NCBI RefSeq assembly: GCF_000497125.1
Contig: NC_090596.1
Location: forward strand, 744,001 to 808,000
Length of the DNA: 64,000 bases
Source: Spironucleus salmonicida
Taxonomy: Eukaryota
Direction: 5' to 3'
In this document: positions 36,111-48,300 of the stretch, piece after piece
Layout of the letters: each line of letters begins with the position of its first letter
Position numbering within the stretch: the first letter of the stretch is position 1
Program-made: the position numbers and the translations under genes
The notes under the pieces: model-generated
What the model saw: only the letters and a program-made list of their open reading frames with translations
The model's database searches: none
What the model was told of the DNA's origin: nothing

Positions 36111-36258
36111 TAGTTTCGGATACAGTGTTGTTATTTACTATTTTATAATAATTACTATTTGGTTTTAAATTTTAAATATTTGACTCTATATAAGATATAA
36201 TATGATAAAAATTGAGTATTCAGTCGTAGAGTTTTTCTAAAATTACCCCGAACTCTTA

Positions 36259-36591
<333 letters not shown>

Positions 36592-36623
36592 TAAATAACG
36601 TCTTTGTTTTAGTCTATTCATAA

Positions 36624-36776
36624 ATGATGAAAATAGGAAGGTGCGTAGTTGAGCCTAGAGACGGTATGTGGCTAGTCAATAAGCAGCCTGCAATATAGAA
36701 ATTTGGTATTGCAAATTATAATCTAGTGATGTCAGTTCAGTAGACTTCTGACGATGAATATGACATTTCAATTTGA
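36624..36776 (+). CDS. Micro-protein, 50 aa, acidic EY[DE]xx[IL] C-terminus
   Basis: MMKIGRCVVEP...TSDDEYDISI resembles 55898-56053. Confidence 0.5.
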
Positions 36777-36960
36777 GAACTATTTGTTCTGATAAGCGTT
36801 AAGAGTTTATATTTAACGGTTAGTAGGTTAATTTAAGCGAATAACAAGATTGATCTATTCGTTCTTCTAATATTTGATAAAGGCTCATAAATTACCACAA
36901 ACTAAAACACAAGTAATCATGAATTATTATATTATATTATAACAGATGTATAAATTTTAT

Positions 36961-39834
36961 ATGAAACAGATTTTTCCAGGGCTGACAAGGTAAAGTTCAC
37001 ATAAATCATTAGCCGATAACTTGGCTTAGCTCTATCCAAATATAAAGTAAGATGAACTCTTATCCTATATTCAGAATGATAATTAGAACTCACAAACACT
37101 TTAGAGAATTAAAACTTAGATGAACGACTTTAACAATTCTACAGTTCTTAAAAATATTTATCAGTTATTAGAATAACAAAGAGAAGGCATATTTGTAAAA
37201 TTCGAATAGTATGAAGTCTTGTAAACAGTAAATATAAAAGCTTTCTAGGATCAAATAGGAGACCTATAATAACAGATTAAAAATTATGAAAATACTAATC
37301 AATCTAAATTTGAAGCAGAATTATTGAAATTATTAGACGTCGAAAACTAAGAAGACTGCTTTTTAGTCATTAAAAAGTGGAAAGAAAACATTATTGATTT
37401 GGAAAATTAGTAGCTAGACATAATATCAAGGTCAGAAGTATTGTCCACTGAAAATTAGAGGTTGAAAGAAATACTAACGGAAGAAAAATCTTAAGATGGA
37501 GATTTGGATATTAATGCGTTAAATAGTATTTCATCGAGTTAAAAAAATATCGATGATTTATCAATAGAAGATGAGTTATTTGATCTAAAAAAGTAAATTA
37601 AATATTATAAAAATGTATAATAGGAATATTTAGTAAAAGAGGCCGAATATAAAACTGTTGAAAATTTTTAATATAGAATTTCATAGATTATTAATTGCTC
37701 GGTTTACAATGATCCTGAATTTATAATTTAAAGTTTATAAACTAAAATTTTATTATTAAAGTAATTATAGGATATTTTATCAGAGGTTTAGTAGCTTATA
37801 TAAACTGATTCCAGTAATTTAATCATTAATAAAATAACCAAATTGGTAAACAATAATTATGATGATCTAATTTTACTATTGAGTAAACATCAAATTGAGG
37901 ATAATTTAGCTGTGAATTTAGATAAATTGCTTAACTATAAAGATAAAGAAATTGAAACTTGTGTCTAAAAAAATTAATAGTTATGTCTCGAAGTTGTATC
38001 TTTAGAAGAAGAAATTAAGATTCTAACTGAATTTACCACGGAATCATCAGTATTTTTACATAATATTAGTGAACTTTTATTATGCGAGGAAGATGAATAT
38101 CAAATACTGTAATCTGCTTAATAGATCATGTCAAATTAATTTAATCTCCAAGAGTAAATAAATTAATTAAACTAAGATAAATAGATAAACAACTAATAGT
38201 CACCAATATTAAGATAAATTAGCGAGCTATACGCCACGGATTTATCTGATAAAGAACTTCCACTATTTATGCAGTAAATCAAGTAAAAATCAGACGAAAA
38301 AACAAATTCCAATGATAAACTCATTATTGCAAATTAAAACCTTCAGGATGAAATTCTATCCTACTAGATGTTGCTCAAATCTGGTAGCCAGCTTGAATTC
38401 ATAGATGAGCTTACAAAATTACAAAATAACTACAAAAAAAGCTAAGACATCATTATTTAGATACAACACTGTCTGAATCTAAGTACGGAATAAGATATGC
38501 TGCCATAAATTCTCAACAAAGTACAAAACGCATAGAAGGCAGCCTATCTAGACCCAATAAATACTGCACTTTAAACGTAATTTTCTACTGACCAGCTGTT
38601 AACTTTCATAACTCAATTATAAGAGGAAAATGCTCTCCAGAAACACTAAGCTGCTAATCTTCATGCACAAATAGATGAAAATAGGTCAAATTTGGATAAT
38701 AACATTCAATAATATAACTAGTTCAAATACAAGCTAAATGAGGCCCTAAACTGCGATTTAAGCGAATCCCAGCTACTAAATCTTATAAAAAACTCCCAGG
38801 AACGTCAAATCGACCTAGAAACCAAGCTACAAGCGAGCGAGCGATTCTTACAACAATCAAACTAAGATCTTAACCAGCACAAGCAGCAGCTTTCAGCTTA
38901 AAAATCGCTTAGTGCCAATTTTGAGAGCGAAATAAACATTCTGAAGCGCAATTTCAGCACACTCCAAGAAGCGCTGGTCCTGAAAACTGCCGATTTCGAG
39001 GCGCTAACAAAAATCGCGGCCTGCGGAGCGCCCGAATTTGGCGGTTCCTAGGAACGAAATTTCGAGGGTATACAACGTCTCGAAACGGGGGAAGCGGGAT
39101 AAAATACATAAAATAACAAAAATATGCAACCCTCTCAAATCGACCCCTAGAACGCTCAAAATGCGTTAAATGCGTTAAATGCGTTAAATTCCTAAAATTT
39201 CCAAAACTCCTAAAATACAGAAATCTCCCAAAACCCCCAAAATACAGAAATCTCCCAACCCCCCCAACTCTCCCCAAACACTCTCCTCATGACCTAAAAA
39301 ATCGACTTTTTGACGCTTTCGCTCAAACGGAAGGAAGAAACTATCTCGAATTTGGACGCTCACCTCGTCGCGATTTGCGCTGCGCTGCGGCGCTTTCCGG
39401 CCCTCAACGGCGCTTTCTACGCGCAGGCGCACGGAATTGCGCAGAAACTCGGAAATTTATCGCGCAGCTTCGCGTTTTTGTTCAGGGAAAACGCGCTCCG
39501 CGCCGCGCAGTTCGGGCAGCGCTTCGCGTGTCTGCGGCAGCGCGCGGAGTCGATTTTGGCGGAGCGGGACGCGCAGATTTAAGGCAATTAGCGGATTTAG
39601 CAGGAGCTGCAATTCCGGCTTTCGGCGTGCGAGGCCGAGAATCGAAAATTGGCGAAAGACGCGGAGCAGGCGACAAGCGCTGTGGGGGCTGTCCGGCTCA
39701 ATTAGCGGATAAGGCAGCTGGAGCTCGAAAATAACGATTTGAGGGCGATGCGAACGGGGGATTATGAGCCGGTTGCGGGCGTTTTTGGGGCAAAAGTCAA
39801 AAGTCCCGAATTAATTTTAAGAGGAAAGAAGTGA
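36961..39834 (+). CDS. Large coiled-coil protein, 957 aa
   Basis: Continuous code-6 frame, Q/E/K/L-rich; short internal repeats (NAL, EISQN.QNT); AGTGA stop. Confidence 0.8.
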
Positions 39835-39990
39835 TAAATATTAATATAAATATTAAGATATAATAATTGTGATTAGAATAAAAATTCTACGGTAAAAAAT
39901 AGTATTCAACTGCAAAAAATTAGGATATACAGTAATTTAAACGTTAATGTATAGTTTACAATCACATTGTGTTGGGCGCACTATTCTAAA

Positions 39991-40227
39991 ATGTTCTATC
40001 AATCTCTCGACATAGTGCACACTGCAAAATCAGCTTAAGGAGATAAAAGGAGTTTCTAGCTGCCTAGTTTATCTCCTAAGGAAGAGTCGATCCCGAATTT
40101 CAATCATATCTTTAATAATTTCGCGAAAAAGAAAGGTCTTAACGGAAGAAAGACGAAAAAGGACTACTCAGAAGAAAAAATTTGCAAGCTTAAGATTTAG
40201 CTTGCAATGCTTAAGGTAGGCGAGTGA
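39991..40227 (+). CDS. Hypothetical protein, 78 aa
   Basis: AAAATG start, AGTGA stop. Confidence 0.5.
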
Positions 40228-40832
40228 AATTTAGTGCACTAGGCTTCTAGTTTAGCTATATTAGTTTAACAGAATTTTGATTTAGATGTGAGTTATTGTG
40301 AACATAATATATAATAATATTCAATTTGTATAAATTATTTGTTTTAACGATAACTTTTGTCCAAATTAACGTTGCTACACCTAATATTATAAAGAATATA
40401 AATTTCAAAATTTATGTAAAATAAAAAGTGTAGTTACTGTTTGTTATATGTTTTGATAATAAATATTATATAATAAATTAATATTAAAGTTAGTATTGTT
40501 TATTCTAATAATTAGTCATTGTATAATTAAAAATAAAAAATGAAAGATAGTATTGTATAATTTTACATAATTAATCGATAGCATGATGAAATGATTTATT
40601 AATATAGATTCCAGGGTTTTATACAATATTATAATCAGCATAATTGGTATTTATTAAGTTTATTCTCACTAAATAATCAGGTATTTATCAGCTTATTATT
40701 ATATTATAGTAACATATTATTATGTATACGAACTTTGTATAATATGTTTTAGATACCCACTCCATCTTTTTCCAGAATAAAATTAATATTATATCATATA
40801 CCTAATATTCGTATTTGTTTACTTTCGTAAAA

Positions 40833-41180
40833 ATGATACCAGTGAGTGTTAAGGCTGGAAAAAATGTAACTAAAATTCTAATTAAAGCAGGAGAAAAGCT
40901 TATTGACTAGCTTCGTGCACATGGAGTCAAATTAAACGATGCATGCGAGGGAAACTTAGGATGTGGAACTTGTCATATAATCTTTGACGAGAAGACATTT
41001 AAGAAACTACCTTAAAATACAGATTAAGAGGAGGATTTGTTGTTATTTAGCCCAGGATTAACCAAAACTAGCAGACTTGCATGTGGCATTAAAGTAGATT
41101 CTACACTAAATGACGCTTTTATCACTATTCCAGAGCTAAACAGGAATGTGTTAAGCGAAAACGATTTAGTAACTAAATGA
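40833..41180 (+). CDS. [2Fe-2S] ferredoxin, adrenodoxin type, 115 aa
   Basis: ACEGNLGCGTCH...EEDLL...TSRLAC. Confidence 0.93.
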
Positions 41181-41283
41181 TTAGAATTTATAAGCAGTTT
41201 ATATTTCGCATCCTAATTATATATATTTTACTTATATTATATTATTATAATATATAAATATGCACATTTGATAAAATTTCAAA

Positions 41284-42102
41284 ATGAACGATATATTCTA
41301 TCGCACATTTTAAAACACTCTCTCGCTCTACCATGACACACCAGACTTCGTTTCCGATATAAATAACACCCAAGACGAAAACGCTTGGCCCGAATCTCTT
41401 AAATACAGCTCATTTAGGCATCTAAACACAATACATACACCGCTCACTCCACCACCAGACGCCTTATCAGACTTTCCAGCCCATTTTCATTTCTTAATCT
41501 CCACTATGCCGCTCAAATATCGCCAGATTTTTGCAAACCTGATCCACATAGAATATCCAACGCAATCTGCGCCCGCGCTTGTAATCGGCGACGCTTATGT
41601 CTTATTCGAGATATTTTACTTCGAAAAAACTGCATAGAGCCTCTAGTTCTCTCCTGCTGCTACTTCACCAGAAAATGCGTTTTTTCTACGGAAACAAAAA
41701 ATTTCTGGACGATCTGCACAGCTCTTCGTGCGCAATTTCGTAAAGAATGCTCCGAAATGCGTCGTTTATGTGAACTGGAACGAACTGGCAGAACTCCAAA
41801 GGGGCCGACTGGGGGCGTGCTTGGCAGTACTTGGCCACTAGTTTCGGTTGGAAAGCGTCAACAGTGGGGTGCGGAAAACACCAGTGCTTACCAGTGCTTT
41901 GGTCGATTCGGAGTATTTTTCCCGTCTAGAAGAATTTGAAATGTCGCGTCGCTTGTCCGTTTATGGTCATGAAATAGCGGTATGGGTGGGCTCGTTAGGG
42001 ATAGCTTTGGGCATCATTTTGATTGTTGAGCTGCTAGCATTTTTAGGTGCAATCGGGGTTACTGTGCAATTCAAAAACTAGCTAACGGCGAAGGGTTTGT
42101 GA
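41284..42102 (+). CDS. Hypothetical protein with C-terminal TM helix, 272 aa
   Basis: Code-6 ORF ending IAVWVGSLGIALGIILIVELLAFLGAIGVTV... Confidence 0.65.
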
Positions 42103-42848
42103 GGAGGGAGTTTAAGGATTTCCTGATTGTTTTTTGAAATTTATAATATATCATAGAATACTCTAAATAATATTTTAGATAGTTTTTGGAAAACTGTAAA
42201 AAACGGTTTTTTTTGAATATATGTATTTGGGTATCATAAAAAAATCTTGTAGAATAGAGACAAAGAATTGTAAAAAGAATTGGCATTAGTACTGGTAACC
42301 TAGTAAGGTCATGCGCTAATTTATTTACAAAATGGGACTCGACTCGTCGGACTTCAAACCAACGGAGGTGATGCAGTGGGAGTACCGAGCTTACGACTTC
42401 CGTGAGAACGCGCCCCGGTAACTGCGAAGGCAGCAGGAGCGGTGGTCAGCTGCGTCCGGCGACAGTGTGGGCATGTGAGATGCGGTGCCAGCAGGGGACG
42501 ACTTGGCCCAAGCGTGGAAGGTTGCGTTTGCTAGGCTAAAGGCACCAGGCCTTGGCGACAGACGACGGCAGACGTGCCACATAATCCTATCTCCGGTGAG
42601 GCACCATCGCTGGCGATGAAAGCTCACCACAGTCAGCTGCATTCAGGCGGAAGTGTTCATGGGCCAGATTTGCAGGGACTTGAACTGCGACGATATAAAC
42701 AGTAGGTACTCCATTCTTACTTCCAACCGAGCACTGCTCACTATAAATGCTTTCAATATAAATATTGTTCATCCCAGCCCTGTGCGTAACTTACAGCGAA
42801 ACGGTTTCACTGACACCGTAAAGTATACTTATTGACGAGTATAATCTG

Positions 42849-43225
42849 TAAAGTATCCCAGCGCTCCTGGTATTCAATTCTACTGGCTGTATGGCACTGT
42901 GCTGGAGTATTTGTGACGCGTAGCACGAGGTCCCGAACTCGTTAGTTCCGGCCGGGCCTGCCCTTGAAGGCAACCCAAGCTATAGAATTTGAATTCAATA
43001 GAAAGGGGAGCCTCCCACGCGGTGTTCAAGCCGGCGCCAGCAGGAGTGCGGGATAGAACTGCGGCAGAGCCCGGGACCGGGAGTCGGGACGCCGCAACGG
43101 CAAGCCCGAAGAGTGAGATACATAAATACATAATTGAGATCAGTTCGGTGTAAGTGTCCCCAGTAACGTAGGTGAGAGAAACCAAAACATCATTGCTGGA
43201 GCGGGGCGGGAAGGGGAGGGAGTGG
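42849..43225. repeat. IR3 left arm (377 bp), inverted copy of 44226-44602
   Basis: x pairs with 87451-x. Confidence 0.95.
43140..43193 (-). ncRNA. Candidate box C/D snoRNA, copy 1
   Basis: Mirror of 44258-44311. Confidence 0.4.
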
Positions 43226-43518
43226 TGTGGTGTGGAATGGAATGGAATGTGAGGGCAAGGACCCGTGGGCGGGAAAGGTGCGATTTCTGCTCCGGCGCGA
43301 CCTAGGAGTACGAGGCAGGCCTTTGTGCTAGGGCACGCGCGGCAGCTCCAGGTCTGCTAGGACGCGCGAACTTCGGCCGCCAGCCTGCGCCCTGTTTCTC
43401 GTACTGCGCCTTATGTGCTAGTATATAATAACCACCACTTCAACACAGAACTTCCGGACGAAGCTAAAAATAACAACCGTCAGAAGTATCCTATACATAC
43501 CATACCAGCTTTCCACAA

Positions 43519-44193
43519 ATGTTCAACCTGGAGAAAACCAACTACGCCTCGATCCAGCGCAACCGGTCCACGATCGCGCGCTCTCCCCCCAGAGTCACGG
43601 CCCACGTGTCCTTTGTGAACCAGCCTGACGTCCCCGAGCCGTTCGACATAGCCGCCCGCTGCCTCAACTCCAGCAGCGAGGAGCTTCCCGCGCCGATCAC
43701 CTTAGTCCCCGCCTCGTCAGCACCGGAGCCTGTGGCTAGGCTCCGGAAGAACGGCTCTCTCTTCCTCGACCACCGGCAGGCGCGGCGCGGGTCCTTCGTC
43801 GACCTGCCTCTGCCCCGGCTGACGCCCAAGACGCCGCTGGAGGTGTTCCGGGAGATTGCCCTGCTGCCGGTGGAGCCCGTGAACGACCCGAAGGAGACGG
43901 AGTTCCAGGAGGCGTTCGCGTTCGGTAGCGGCGTGAGCCTCCGCAGCCTCGAGATGGGCACGCTCTTCGGCCGCATCCTGTACCACTTCCCGCACCAGAA
44001 GAGGGCGTTCCGGGTGTCGACGAAGGCGGACCGGCTCTTCAAGATCCACAAGCCGCAGCCCAGCGGGATCCTGAACTCCGTGGACCGGATCGTGGAGCAG
44101 GTCGAGATGGCCAACCTGGTGGACAACTACTTCAGGCTGAAGGCGGGGCGGAAGCTGCAGCGGATCCAGAGCGTGCTGGGGATGGACCAGTGA
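43519..44193 (+). CDS. Hypothetical protein, 224 aa (spacer gene of IR3)
   Basis: Strong GC3 bias; AGTGA stop; one residue differs from 59529-60203 (A/D). Confidence 0.8.
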   Translation: MFNLEKTNYASIQRNRSTIARSPPRVTAHVSFVNQPDVPEPFDIAARCLNSSSEELPAPITLVPASSAPEPVARLRKNGSLFLDHRQARRGSFVDLPLPRLTPKTPLEVFREIALLPVEPVNDPKETEFQEAFAFGSGVSLRSLEMGTLFGRILYHFPHQKRAFRVSTKADRLFKIHKPQPSGILNSVDRIVEQVEMANLVDNYFRLKAGRKLQRIQSVLGMDQ

Positions 44194-44225
44194 GGGCGGT
44201 GCTCCCACGGTGACCTGCCGCCGCG

Positions 44226-44602
44226 CCACTCCCTCCCCTTCCCGCCCCGCTCCAGCAATGATGTTTTGGTTTCTCTCACCTACGTTACTGGGGACACTTA
44301 CACCGAACTGATCTCAATTATGTATTTATGTATCTCACTCTTCGGGCTTGCCGTTGCGGCGTCCCGACTCCCGGTCCCGGGCTCTGCCGCAGTTCTATCC
44401 CGCACTCCTGCTGGCGCCGGCTTGAACACCGCGTGGGAGGCTCCCCTTTCTATTGAATTCAAATTCTATAGCTTGGGTTGCCTTCAAGGGCAGGCCCGGC
44501 CGGAACTAACGAGTTCGGGACCTCGTGCTACGCGTCACAAATACTCCAGCACAGTGCCATACAGCCAGTAGAATTGAATACCAGGAGCGCTGGGATACTT
44601 TA
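44226..44602. repeat. IR3 right arm
   Basis: Reverse complement of 42849-43225. Confidence 0.95.
44258..44311 (+). ncRNA. Candidate box C/D snoRNA, copy 2
   Basis: C-rich motif run, then ATGATGT (C-like box) and CTGA (D box); the ATG frame closes after 17 codons. Confidence 0.4.
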
Positions 44603-45369
44603 TAAGTTACTCATTTAGGCAAAAATATAATAATATTTCACTGAAACCACTTTTCTATAATATTTACAATATTGGAACCTTAAAGTATTAACGTACGCTG
44701 CTATGATAATAAGCTTATATTAAGTATCTAGTGATGTAGATAATGTAAATATTTGTTTTTAAGATATCAGATTTTAATTGTTATTTAAAAAGAAACCAGC
44801 AAGCAGTAATGGATAAGGCTTTTTGTTTGATAGCCATATAACTTCTTAAATTTATATACAATATTATTACTTATTGACGAATGATAAAACAAACATTGGG
44901 TGTATTATTATATGTAGTTTTATAGAAAGTAATGCTGTTAGGACTGAAAAAATCTGGTATAATGCACACTCTGAGGTTACCAAATGCCAAAAACACCGTG
45001 TGCTTAAGGTTCCATATTTAGAGTATAGTATTCATAGATTTAAACTTTACACTATATTTGGTTTAATTAGAAAATATTATATTTAAAATATAATATTGTT
45101 TATTTATAGATTAAATACAGTACTTATTTATTTCGTATAAGTAGATAAATAATTTAATAATTTATAATGGGAAATAATTTCATTGAGCTCATTTTGATAA
45201 GTGTATTATTATTTTCTATTTATCATAAAAACTGAACTAATATATTTAAACATTTAGTCTCTACACTTAATTGTATATAATTGTTCAAAAATATAAAGCA
45301 TTATCAAATAAGTATTTCATAACAGTAATATATACTCTGTTTAAATAAACAATAAACTTCACTTCCTTA

Positions 45370-48300
45370 ATGAAACCTCTAACAAGTTATTTTATTTTTT
45401 AGGCTAGGAAGAACATTCTGCTCTCGCTTACACTAGCTTTTCTCCCCATTTTTGTCCCTTTTATTCTTTTTGGTATAGTATAGATCTTTTAATCAGAAGC
45501 TGTACTTCCAAATATCAAGCCTATGAAGCTTGACAAACTGCCGTAACCTGAATTACTTCTATCCCAGAATATGAATCTATACTATTTCTCGTATTCTCCA
45601 CGTACAGAAATAGCTGAAAAATTGATCTAAAATTTATTAGACACTAACGGACTACATGCTGCGAAAGCGAAGGCATTTGACTCGCTTTAATAAGCTTAGT
45701 CTACCTTTGCATCAAAGAATCTATAAGGTGGTTTTAAAAACGTTGATTTAGAATATGCTAGGAAAACTTATTGTCAGGACTAGCAAGCGTACTTGAACAC
45801 GTCTTAGTGCGATTCTTCATTTATCGATATGTATTACGACTCTCTGCCAAATATTTATAAATTCACGTCTTATAACGAAGACGAAGTATTTCTCCATATT
45901 GATGTTACTTAGGACAAGGAAGGTCTAGCAATTTCAATAGTAGTTAACACAACCCTGTTAGATGATGTTGTGAAAAATCATCCAGATTAGATTTCAAAAC
46001 ACCTTAAAAATACAGACAACCCATTCTGGACGTCATACGGTATTACCCTCTAAACTCAAATTGATAAGTTTATCGGAAAAACGCTAGCGAATACCACCCT
46101 TAGCTTTGAAATTTCTTACTTAGAACCAATTTAGGTAGGTGGTTAGTACATACCTGAAAGTATGTTTTTTGGAATGGCTGTATTGGTCGCATATAGCTTA
46201 CAAATTATATTATGTATGATTTTAGCAAACGTTAATAGGGATTAAAATCACGTTGTTTTGCGCCGGTTAGGGGTCTCTGTGGGAATTTTTTGGTGGAAGA
46301 ATTTAATTTACGTTTCTATGCAGATTGTACCGATCAATATTATTACCGTCATTGTATGGCACTACTGTGGGGTGATACCGTTTAGTAACATTGACTTAAA
46401 ATTTTGCTTAATTATAGGAATTACTATTAGCTTTTCAATAGTATCCTTCTCGATGTTAGTTAGTGCATTTTTAGGAAATAAGAAAAGCGCACCTACTCTC
46501 CTTGGTTGCATTATTTGCTTTGGATTTTTACTATTACCAATGACATTTTCGGTATTTCTAGATACCATATTCGATGCTAGTCTACTTTCGTAGTTAGGTG
46601 TTTTTACTATAGTTTCACTTTCCCCTGTGTTTTCTATCTACAGCTTGGTAGATGGATTATTTTTCAGCTAAGAACGTACAGAAACCAATATTCTTGAGCA
46701 CAAATGGAAGGTAAGCTAAAATCTTATCAATTTCAGGTATATATTTACTGATCTTGATGGTTACGCATCTAAACTCCACAGATGCTCTGTCCATGATTCT
46801 CCCCATGGTGATATAATTATTAACTCTATCTGCTACTACTAGGTTCCAATATTTTGGAAATTAGTTTTAATTTCATTGGTACAAAGTTTTGTTTGCTTAT
46901 TTATCATTTCCAAGCTAGTTAGCTATATAAAGTCTGAAAAGGGTCATAGAGGTCTCCCGCCTTGGTATTTCTTGAATCCGTATTTTTATAAAAATATTAA
47001 TATAAAATAAGATGGGTTTTCTGTTAGAAATCTCTAAACCGGGTATTTTGGAAAGAAAAACATATTCATGGATCTAAATTTGGATCTCGCAGATGACTAA
47101 ACTTCAGCCTTGGTAGGTGAAGCAGGTCAAGGTAAGTCTACTATTTTAAGTATCTTGGCAGGTGAAAAGCGATTTTCAAAGGGTTCAGTAAAAGTTCTAG
47201 GGGTTAGTATGAATAGTGATATTAACGCGTATAAAATCAAACCATTTATTGGCTACTGTCCACAAGATTTTAGCAATGTATGGATGAACCTATCTGTGAT
47301 TGAGAACATTACGTTCAGTCTAGGGATTAGATGCTAAATGAGTCGCTGCTAAGTTCCAAATCCTGAAGAGTATATTTAGAAGCTAGTTGTTGACTGCGGA
47401 CTAGGAGACCATAAGGTTCAGAATAGAAAGGCCAAGTCTCTTTCTGGAGGCATGCTCCGCCGCCTTGCTTTCTGTAATGCAATTTCTGGTGCAAAGTTAC
47501 TGCTGTTGGATGAAATTACAGCTGGAGTTGATCCTGTCCTTAAGCGATCAATATGGAAAATAATATAATAAATTCAGGGTTCTGTGCTACTAACATCACA
47601 CGACATGTCAGAAGTTTAAGAAATGGCCCAAACAGTTAGTATAATTAACGGTGGGAAAGCATTGGTTAATAATGTGGAACAATTTAAGCTGAGATAGGTG
47701 AACTTTGCATATGAATTATCTCTGTATAAAAGTGCATAAATTGAAAATTAAGATGTTATAGACCTTCAAGAAGCTTTAAATATACCAATCAAGTTACTAT
47801 CTATTCACCAACATGTTTTGAGAGTTTCTTTAAATGGAAGCACCACATCTATATAACTGGTGTAAATTACTGATAAGGTCGACAGCTTCCTTAAGAGGAA
47901 CTAATTTGATGATTTTTAAGTCAGTAAAACTAGCATTTCATAATACTATGCAAATCTTATTCGCTAAAATTAGGTTCAGAATGAAAGTATATCGTAAAAG
48001 CCGATTAGAAACCCACGCAAAGGTAAAAATTTAGCGCTTTTAACAAAGTCTCTTAAGCATGACTTTAGATTATAAAAAGTTCCTGTTTTCTTTGTTCTAC
48101 TTTTCGCCTCCTTAACCCTTTCAATTCTAACTGCAACTTTCTACTATTTATTTAAGCAGGCTTTTGTAAAACTTCCAGATTTTAATATCATTTAAAGATA
48201 AGAAATTGCTAGCAGTTGTTTCGATACATGTTTAGGTCACGAAAATGATAGTACTGAATGGATGACAAATTGTTTAGTCAACCGTATTCCGAACTACTCC

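Larger units (their letters stand above)
42482..44602. repeat. Direct duplication (~2.1 kb) of ~58497-60612
   Basis: Offset 16015 then 16010 after a 5-bp indel near 43230; scattered SNPs. Confidence 0.93.

Noticed and set aside
44191-44577. Selenocysteine read-through of the 224-aa gene with ATGA...TGA as a SECIS
   Set aside because: The downstream frame is open, but no AA motif sits at the SECIS position, the stop has the usual AGTGA context, and the same element also occurs facing away from the gene.
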